DNA from: an uncultured euryarchaeote
Lineage (GTDB): Archaea > Thermoplasmatota > Poseidoniia > Poseidoniales > Poseidoniaceae
Assembly: GCA_937911345.1 (NCBI GenBank)
Contig: CALDPP010000012.1
Span: forward strand, 361-64,360
Reading direction: 5' to 3'
Length of the DNA stretch: 64,000 bases
Below, one piece after another: positions 57,527 to 64,000 of this stretch. The position numbers and the translations under genes were made by a program. The stretch's first letter is position 1, and each line of letters opens with the position of its first letter. A model generated the notes under the pieces. The model was not told the DNA's origin and ran no database searches. It saw only the letters and a list, made by a program, of their open reading frames with translations.

Positions 57527-58645
57527 TTATTCGGTTTTTGAATTGATGTGGTAGACAATTCCTTTCGTAGCAAGCATTGCTGCGGTAAATTGAGTTAAAG
57601 GTGTATCTTGCTGTGGTACTATTTCATTCACATCCATACTAATCACCGTAGCTTTTGGCGCAGTAAATACTGCCTGAATGGTTTCTACTGCCTGCCAAAA
57701 ACTAAGCCCGCCTGGAACTGGCGTTCCAGTCGCTGGAACGATACTGCCATCTAATCCATCAATGTCTATTGTCAAATGTATCGGCCCCTCAATATTGTGC
57801 AGTGTATCTAGCCATTGTTGCCACTTAGTGTCACTCTTCAAGGTATCAGAAGCAAAAAATGTGGTGATTTTATCATCTGAGATAATTCGCTCATATTCTT
57901 GCTTTGAGAAGGCCCTAATACCGACTTGATAGAGATGTTTTATCCCGTAATCCATCGCTCTTGCGGCAGCACAAGCATGGGAAAATGGTTCGCCATCCAA
58001 TTCTTCACGTAGATCCGCATGAGCATCAATTTGTACAATGTTTAGTTTTGAATAATCTCCAGCAATAGTTGGATGTTCGGCAAGGGAATCAATTACTGCG
58101 GGCAAGATTCCGTGTTCGCCACCAAGAATTACTGGGAAAGTTTTACCATTATTCCATTCCTTTAGATACTTTGAAATTCCTGATAATTGCTGTTGCAGTG
58201 TACTTCCTTCACCATCCCATTCGGGAGCGGTGTGGATGTTATACCCTGCCGGCAAGTCCTCGCCGATAATTGGGTCGAACAGTTCGACTTGGCCGCTCGC
58301 AGCAACACATGCTGCAGGACCTTGCGCAGTTCCTTGACCATAGGATGTTGTAAGTTCATAAGGCACTTGTAAAACAACGACATCAATATCGTCATCTCTG
58401 CTTGGCAAACCCAAGAAGTTACCCTCGACGAATTCCTCTGCCACGAACCTTGGCAGGTCATTGTGGTATTGAGAGTTTGGTGTCATTTTTTCGGTGGTTA
58501 TTTGCCGGATGTCAGTAAAAAAAGCCCTTTTTGACCGATGATTTAATATGGGTCGGTGTACAATATAATTACTGTTCTCGGACAATAAGTGCGGGGGCGG
58601 GGGTTTTTGAGATGGGCATGACATTAGGAGAATTAACGAAAGCAA
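57527..58645 (-). CDS. speB: Agmatinase (arginase/ureohydrolase family)
   Basis: Mn-binding blocks 'ILGGEHGI', 'IVQIDAHADLR' and 'TIDIDGLDGSIVPATGTPVPGGLS'. Probable true start 'MTPNSQY' (~58486). Context with speH/dys supports agmatinase over arginase. Confidence 0.75.
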   Translation of the reverse strand: MLSLILLMSCPSQKPPPPHLLSENSNYIVHRPILNHRSKRAFFTDIRQITTEKMTPNSQYHNDLPRFVAEEFVEGNFLGLPSRDDDIDVVVLQVPYELTTSYGQGTAQGPAACVAASGQVELFDPIIGEDLPAGYNIHTAPEWDGEGSTLQQQLSGISKYLKEWNNGKTFPVILGGEHGILPAVIDSLAEHPTIAGDYSKLNIVQIDAHADLREELDGEPFSHACAAARAMDYGIKHLYQVGIRAFSKQEYERIISDDKITTFFASDTLKSDTKWQQWLDTLHNIEGPIHLTIDIDGLDGSIVPATGTPVPGGLSFWQAVETIQAVFTAPKATVISMDVNEIVPQQDTPLTQFTAAMLATKGIVYHINSKTE

Positions 58646-59034
58646 TTCAACAACATATCGACCTGGAAATGGATAGTGAAGTCGCTCAGGGCATGGCTGA
58701 GCACGCCCTTGGATTCTTCGGATTTTACAACAGAATTATTGATAATGCTCTTGAGCCAACTGATAGAAACCTTTTCTACATGTTTCAGGACTATAACCTA
58801 CTAACCACGGAAAGCGAAGAAACTACTTTGTGGGACGGCCGTGAATGGCGAATACATTACTGGAAGTTCAAGCCTGATCTGCGTGAGAGCGTCGAAGCAT
58901 ACATGCAACGCAGTAAGAAAACCGAGGAAATCGATCCGTTTGCAGATGTTTACTCTAGCGGTGATGCGGGACAAATATGGACTAGAGAATCTGAAAAGGT
59001 AGTTAATCCGAACGCTTTCACTAGCGATTGGTAA
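58531..59034 (+). CDS. Hypothetical protein (about 140 aa from the probable start 'MGMTLGEL', ~58609)
   Basis: ORF only. The upstream part of the ORF-track call overlaps speB, so it is unlikely to be translated. Confidence 0.35.
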   Translation: MTDDLIWVGVQYNYCSRTISAGAGVFEMGMTLGELTKAIQQHIDLEMDSEVAQGMAEHALGFFGFYNRIIDNALEPTDRNLFYMFQDYNLLTTESEETTLWDGREWRIHYWKFKPDLRESVEAYMQRSKKTEEIDPFADVYSSGDAGQIWTRESEKVVNPNAFTSDW

Positions 59035-59083
59035 AACTGCGCCATAACAAAGCATTTTTGTTATACTATAATTACGGATTATC

Positions 59084-60475
59084 ATGCGAGTAGCACTGTT
59101 CCTTGTTGCATCTATGCTGCTCGCATCGATTCCTATGGCTACTGCACAAAATGATTCGGAAGAAGATGCAGTGTGGCCAGGAGACCCAATTGACAGCCAT
59201 GTTCACATGACTTGGGCCGCCATGACTTTGGAGGTTAACGGCTGGGCAGACGACTATCCAGAAATTGTCGACTTGATTAGCGCTGGAGAATCTGAACTCG
59301 GGAAGGCTTTGTGGGTGGTTCGACTATCTGATTGGTCGGTTGATACTAAAGAAAATGGCGATCCGAAAGAGATTGTATACATCGATGGAGGTCATCACGG
59401 CAATGAATACCTTGGAACTGCTCTGGCCTGGCTTTCAGCAAAATGGTACATTAATGGCTGGGCTGAAGGCAATCAAGAGGCAATTGATGTATTGAGAAAT
59501 ACCGAGGTCCATATACTGATTATGCTTAATCCGGATGGTAATGACATCGACACAAGATGGAATATCAACCAAGTTGACTTAAACAGAAATTATGACCATT
59601 ACTGGAACACTTGTCCAACTACTCAACCTGGTAGCAGTGCATTTAGCGAAGCTGAAACTGCAGCCAACGCTGCCTACATGAATGAGTACGTTACCGATGC
59701 AGATTTGTATGTAACTATGCATACTGGAGTTTGGATTATACTATACCCATGGGGCAAATGGGCCCATCAACCAGCAGATTGGGAATTATATTGGCAAATA
59801 AGAGATGATGTCAACGCAAACATCTCAGATATTCCAATGCAGAATGCTAACCAAGGATTGTATCCTAATTGTGGAACTAGTAGAGACTACGGGTATGGAG
59901 TTATGGGGCTTCCTACTTTCACCTTTGAAACCGATGATGAGCAATTCGTACCGGGTTCTTTTGAGAATCTAAACGATCGTCTTGAAGAAGAGATGGATGT
60001 AATGAGATATCTGATCAACAATGTATGGTATTGGCGTGCAAGATTAGATGTCCAAAGTCTAGAGGTTTTCAGTGATTCTGTAACATTAGACGTGGTAAAT
60101 CACGGTCAGGCCTCAACATCTAATGCTACTTTACAGCACGTCGATTCTAACGGGGAGATTATGTGGACGTCTGGCGCATTTACTGTGAATGCAAGTAACA
60201 GTACAAACATAGAGATGGACATTTCAGAAATAAGCGTTGATGATGGCGGTAGTTGGCAATTATACTATCAGAAGCGAGTAATAAATTCGTCTAAGTGGGT
60301 CACAGAACCAATCAACAGTAGTGTTGTGATGGCAAAGTCTAGCGATAATGGAGAAGGATTGTTTGGTTACGGAATCTTCAATCCGGTAACGGTGATTGTA
60401 TCGGTCGTCGGATTAGCGGCGCTGTTACGGCCAGAAGACGAGGAAATTTGTGAATCCGAGTCACACGATAATTGA
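59084..60475 (+). CDS. Secreted M14-family zinc carboxypeptidase with a C-terminal membrane anchor
   Basis: Signal peptide 'MRVALFLVASMLLASIPMATAQ'. Zinc ligands 'DGGHHGNEYLG' (HxxE). A C-terminal hydrophobic segment 'VTVIVSVVGLAALL' is followed by an acidic tail. Confidence 0.65.
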   Translation: MRVALFLVASMLLASIPMATAQNDSEEDAVWPGDPIDSHVHMTWAAMTLEVNGWADDYPEIVDLISAGESELGKALWVVRLSDWSVDTKENGDPKEIVYIDGGHHGNEYLGTALAWLSAKWYINGWAEGNQEAIDVLRNTEVHILIMLNPDGNDIDTRWNINQVDLNRNYDHYWNTCPTTQPGSSAFSEAETAANAAYMNEYVTDADLYVTMHTGVWIILYPWGKWAHQPADWELYWQIRDDVNANISDIPMQNANQGLYPNCGTSRDYGYGVMGLPTFTFETDDEQFVPGSFENLNDRLEEEMDVMRYLINNVWYWRARLDVQSLEVFSDSVTLDVVNHGQASTSNATLQHVDSNGEIMWTSGAFTVNASNSTNIEMDISEISVDDGGSWQLYYQKRVINSSKWVTEPINSSVVMAKSSDNGEGLFGYGIFNPVTVIVSVVGLAALLRPEDEEICESESHDN

Positions 60476-62007
60476 AATGCTATCGCACATACGCCAGCAC
60501 AGGCGATAACATGGAAATGACTGTAAGCGTAAATGATAATATCAATGGAACACTGATTCTTCCAATAGTCGAAGGAACTGAATCTATACCTGAAGACTGT
60601 GAGAGAGGATTGCCACAATCTATGAAAGCACAAATCAACAAAGTGCTCGGTGGTGGCGATTTTAAAGCGAAAGCCAAAACGACATTATCTTTAGTTGGTG
60701 GAGAAGATGGCAACATCATTCTTTCCGGTCTAGGAAAGGGCGATGGAATCACAGTCCACGATTACCGAAAAGCCGGCGCTGCAGTGTTTGCCAGCATTAA
60801 GAAAATTCACGGCAACGACTTTACTGTCAGATTCATGGATGCTGGTGTTGCACACATGGCAGCATTTGCTGAAGGCATGATGCTAAGGGATTATTCATAC
60901 GATAATTACAAAATGAAAGATGACGACAATGAAGATGACTCTACCAAACAAATTAGATTGGCTTGCAGTGAAAAGGAAGCTGGAGAATTAACCTCACTGG
61001 TAGAAAAATACCGAGGTATTGCAAAGGGAGTGCACCTCTCAAGAGACCTTGGGAACTGCCCTCCAAACGATATGTATCCTGAAGAATTTGCTGACCGAGC
61101 GTGGGAATGGGCCAAGCAATATGACAATGTCGAAGTCACCATCATCAACTACGATCAAGCACTAAAAGCCGGAATGGGTGGATTAGTGGCTGTTGGAAAG
61201 GGTTCGTCCCGTAAGCCTTGTATGGTCATCTTTGAAATGAACAAGGATATCAAGGGCAAGTGTCCTGTTCTAGTAGGTAAAGGAATTACTTTCGATACCG
61301 GTGGAATTTCACTCAAGCCTGGTGCAAACATGGACGAAATGAAATATGACATGGGCGGTTCTGCAACGGTATTCGGTACAATGGAAGCCTTGGCACAGAC
61401 TGGTCACAAAGGCAAGGTTGTCGGAATAACTTGTATGGCTGAAAATATGCCTGCTGCAAATGCAACAAGGCCTGGAGATGTTATCAAGGGCTTATCCGGT
61501 AAAACTATTGAAATTTTGAACACTGATGCTGAAGGAAGACTAGTACTATCCGATGGACTTTGGAAAGCTGGTGAATTTGATCCAGAATACATTGTAGATT
61601 TTGCAACACTAACCGGTGCTTGTGTTGTTGCGCTCGGTCATGAAGCGACCGGTCTTTGGTCAAATAATGATGAATTTAGAAGCCGAATCCACGATGCCGG
61701 TAACGCTGTTGATGAGTTAGCATGGCCTATGCCACTACTGCCTGCGTTTGAAAAAGAAATGACCGATTCTAAGATTGCTGATACTAGAAATCTAGGTGCT
61801 GGACGCTGGGGTGGAGCAAATACTGCTGCTGCATTCTTGAAGCAGTTCGTACCAAATGTCGATTATGACAAGGATGGTGAGCAAATAACTTGGGCTCATA
61901 TGGATATTGCTGGAACTTATTGGGGTGCCAAGACCAATAACATGGTCAAAAACGGTGCCACCGGAGTTCATGTTAGAACCATGCATCACTTGATTACTCA
62001 AGGATGA
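60472..62007 (+). CDS. pepA: Leucyl aminopeptidase (M17)
   Basis: Signature 'NTDAEGRLVL', metal-binding 'VGKGITFDTGG' and 'MKYDMGG'. Probable start 'MEMTVSV'. Confidence 0.8.
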   Translation: MKCYRTYASTGDNMEMTVSVNDNINGTLILPIVEGTESIPEDCERGLPQSMKAQINKVLGGGDFKAKAKTTLSLVGGEDGNIILSGLGKGDGITVHDYRKAGAAVFASIKKIHGNDFTVRFMDAGVAHMAAFAEGMMLRDYSYDNYKMKDDDNEDDSTKQIRLACSEKEAGELTSLVEKYRGIAKGVHLSRDLGNCPPNDMYPEEFADRAWEWAKQYDNVEVTIINYDQALKAGMGGLVAVGKGSSRKPCMVIFEMNKDIKGKCPVLVGKGITFDTGGISLKPGANMDEMKYDMGGSATVFGTMEALAQTGHKGKVVGITCMAENMPAANATRPGDVIKGLSGKTIEILNTDAEGRLVLSDGLWKAGEFDPEYIVDFATLTGACVVALGHEATGLWSNNDEFRSRIHDAGNAVDELAWPMPLLPAFEKEMTDSKIADTRNLGAGRWGGANTAAAFLKQFVPNVDYDKDGEQITWAHMDIAGTYWGAKTNNMVKNGATGVHVRTMHHLITQG

Positions 62008-62014
62008 TTTGTTA

Positions 62015-64000
62015 CTATTTCCACACTGACCAATCGTCGACTTTGTTTTGACGATAGTACCAGTTGCTACTGCCTTCAGGGTGTTCTAAGTATTCAAAGC
62101 CGTCATCTTCGTTGAGTTTGCCCTGGAGTTGCTTATCTGGCATACTTGTAGTACCTTGATTATCAAATTGACGAACTGCTAATTCTTCATTTAGCAATTC
62201 AGCTCGCTCCGTTGCATCAAGTGTCCCGATTAAACCAAAATATGCATCGTTGTACGCAATATCTAGTAATTGCTCATGGTCTGAAGACATGATATCGTCA
62301 ATTAAGACGAGTAGTTTCTCACGCGTTTCCTTCTTAATCTCATTATTTGTATATCTAGCAGTTAAGTCGCCACGTAACGTTTTCAATTCATTTTGCAATG
62401 TTGTTGGTTCGCTGTAATACGCTTGGACAACTGACTGAAGATATGTTAATTCATTCCTTTCTTCTTTAGAGAGATTGTTATTTCTTCTTAGGACTTGAAC
62501 CCACCTAAAGGTTTCAGGCAGCAAACCAGCAATTGCGTTGGTTTGCAGTAGGGCGAAAATTGCTAGAAGTAGTGCACCAATTCCCACGGTTTTAGTTGCG
62601 GCTTCATTGTCGCCAGAAAAGAATGATTCCATGAATCCTTCATCGTCGCCATCGTTTCCGGTCAAGTCACCAAGGTCTAATTCACAACCATCGATGCCTA
62701 CAAGTGTACCGATTGGAGTATTCGGGCACTGATCTAGTTGGTTGATAATGCCATCAAGATCTGAATCAATATCTTCAATTGTGCCGTTTTGCCCACCATT
62801 CGAAGATTGCAAGATATCAGCAATTCCATCATTATCAGAGTCGGTGCAACCATAAAAACCGTTAGCGGTAGAAGTTCCCGCTATTTCTGGACAATAATCA
62901 GGCAGTGTAGCTCCGAATACGAAGACACCGGGTAGTATCGGGTTTCTTGTTTGATTCCATTCAGAATCCCCCCAGTTGTCGCCGTAACCATCGCCATCTA
63001 AATCTGACCACTGGGATGCTATAGTCACAAATGCGTCAGGTGTAGTACCATTTTGGTTGTCGCCATATCCGTCGCCGTCGGTGTCTAGCCATTGGGTTGG
63101 ATTGTACGGGAAGGCGTCAAGGATATCCAGATAGCCATCCAAATCGGAGTCTGCAAAGTTGTCTAAATATGGGAATGGGTCGGCATTATCACCAATTCCA
63201 TCGCCGTCTGAGTCCGCTGTTTCCAATGGATTGGTTGGGAATGCGTCGGAATTATCGCCGACACCATCACCGTCTGAGTCTACAGTTTCAGTCTCATCTA
63301 ATGGGAATGCATCGGAATTATCACCGACACCATCGCCATCAAGGTCCATTGTCTCGAGAGGGTTATTCGGGAATGCATCGGAATTATCGCCAATACCATC
63401 GCCATCTGAATCTGTAGTTTCGAGTGGATTGGTCGGGAAAGCATCAGCATTGTCTCCTACGCCGTCGCCGTCAGTATCAATCCATTCAGATAAGTCGTTA
63501 GGAAATTCGTCGCCAGAATCAGAATAACCATCGCCGTCTGAATCTAAACAACCAATTAGGTCGAGGGTAGAGAGTCCCGAAACATCAGGACATTGATCCG
63601 TATTATCACCATAGCCATCGCCGTCCGAATCGATTGTTTCGTTGGGGTCGTTTGGAAATGCATCTGCGTTATCGCCAACACCATCGCCATCGGAATCTGA
63701 ACCTTCAGCTGGGTCATTTGGGAATGGGTCACTGTTGTCACCAATACCATCGCCGTCTGAATCCATAGTTTCTGTAGCATCAAGAGGAAATGCATCCGCA
63801 TTGTCTCCAACTCCGTCACCGTCGCTATCAGCGGATTCTGTCGGGTCTGTAGGAGCCCAATCTGAATTATCACCAACACCGTCACCATCTGTGTCTACCG
63901 TTTCAGTGGCATCGTTAGGGAACTCATCGGCATTATCACCAACTCCATCGCCATCAGTATCAATCCATTCAGTTGCATCGTTAGGGAATTCATCTAATGA
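62015..64000 (-). CDS. Giant thrombospondin type-3-like Ca-binding repeat surface protein (C-terminal part; ORF is open to the window end), with TM anchor and cytoplasmic tail
   Basis: More than 12 tandem copies of 'DSDGDG(V/I)GDN(A/S)D(A/P)FPNDP.E'. The frame stays open from 63766 to 64000 ('...EFPNDATEWIDTDGDGVGDNADEFPNDATE'). Hydrophobic 'VGIGALLLAIFALL' is followed by a 150-aa cytoplasmic tail ending 'NWYYRQNKVDDWSVWK'. Confidence 0.7.
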   Translation of the reverse strand, partial: SLDEFPNDATEWIDTDGDGVGDNADEFPNDATETVDTDGDGVGDNSDWAPTDPTESADSDGDGVGDNADAFPLDATETMDSDGDGIGDNSDPFPNDPAEGSDSDGDGVGDNADAFPNDPNETIDSDGDGYGDNTDQCPDVSGLSTLDLIGCLDSDGDGYSDSGDEFPNDLSEWIDTDGDGVGDNADAFPTNPLETTDSDGDGIGDNSDAFPNNPLETMDLDGDGVGDNSDAFPLDETETVDSDGDGVGDNSDAFPTNPLETADSDGDGIGDNADPFPYLDNFADSDLDGYLDILDAFPYNPTQWLDTDGDGYGDNQNGTTPDAFVTIASQWSDLDGDGYGDNWGDSEWNQTRNPILPGVFVFGATLPDYCPEIAGTSTANGFYGCTDSDNDGIADILQSSNGGQNGTIEDIDSDLDGIINQLDQCPNTPIGTLVGIDGCELDLGDLTGNDGDDEGFMESFFSGDNEAATKTVGIGALLLAIFALLQTNAIAGLLPETFRWVQVLRRNNNLSKEERNELTYLQSVVQAYYSEPTTLQNELKTLRGDLTARYTNNEIKKETREKLLVLIDDIMSSDHEQLLDIAYNDAYFGLIGTLDATERAELLNEELAVRQFDNQGTTSMPDKQLQGKLNEDDGFEYLEHPEGSSNWYYRQNKVDDWSVWK
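62880..64000. repeat. Degenerate tandem DNA repeats (about 69-nt units) encoding the TSP3-like Asp-rich modules
   Basis: Recurring 'gtcaccatc(g/t)gtgtc...ggaatgcatc(g/a)gcattatc(a/g)cc' units. They generate spurious ORFs on other frames (e.g. 63159..63527 +, 63556..63888 -). Confidence 0.6.

Noticed and set aside
63097-63888. ORFs 63097..63417 (+), 63159..63527 (+, Ser/Pro-rich) and 63556..63888 (-, Met/His-rich) in the TSP3 repeat region.
   Set aside because: They are artefacts of the periodic DNA repeat read in alternative frames. The Asp-rich frame (62015..64000, minus) is the only one giving a coherent, signal-bearing protein.
1-64000. Looked for tRNA/rRNA genes, CRISPR arrays, IS elements or integrases, and toxin-antitoxin pairs.
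   Set aside because: Intergenic spaces are short (mostly under 150 nt), and none shows tRNA-like T-loop/anticodon-arm features by eye. No direct-repeat/spacer arrays, no transposase or integrase motifs, no TA-sized gene pairs. A tRNA scan with software would be needed to exclude small RNAs formally.

Overview
This is a gene-dense, AT-rich 64-kb window that looks archaeal, most likely from a marine planktonic euryarchaeon such as Marine Group II/Poseidoniales or a relative. The lineage call is an inference from gene content.

Archaeal hallmarks:
- A ribosomal/RNA polymerase operon (uS13, uS4, uS11, Rpo3/RpoD).
- The DNA polymerase D large subunit (DP2), carrying the NCDGDED catalytic motif.
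- An MCM helicase, the primase large subunit PriL with its Fe-S domain, and GatE.
- Tandem Pth2 peptidyl-tRNA hydrolases, a DUF373 protein and an MptE-like kinase.
- A PGF-CTERM (archaeosortase) sorting signal on a secreted thioredoxin-like protein.

Housekeeping and metabolic genes:
- purM, pyrE, fumC-like, pckA (ATP-dependent), threonine aldolase, and an isoaspartyl peptidase/asparaginase.
- Cyclophilin, a PGM/PMM-family mutase, HflX, exonuclease III, and M14 and M17 peptidases.
- A dhs-speH-speB polyamine/hypusine cluster.

The most unusual content:
- A translationally coupled, bacterial-type AddB-AddA (RexAB-like) helicase-nuclease pair. It has UvrD helicase motifs, two RecB-family nuclease domains, and a CxxCx5C iron-sulfur motif. 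AddAB is not the canonical archaeal end-resection machinery.
- Two giant surface proteins built from PPC domains and thrombospondin type-3-like calcium-binding repeats, each ending in a TM anchor and a cytoplasmic tail. One runs off the window end.
- A 1318-aa polytopic membrane protein of unknown family.
- A ribbon-helix-helix-like N-terminal extension fused in frame to fumarase.
- A PQQ-propeller/DUF4430-like membrane protein beside a possible ECF S-component.

No rRNA, tRNA, CRISPR array or obvious mobile element was recognised by eye. Start codons of several ORFs are probably internal to the six-frame ORF calls.
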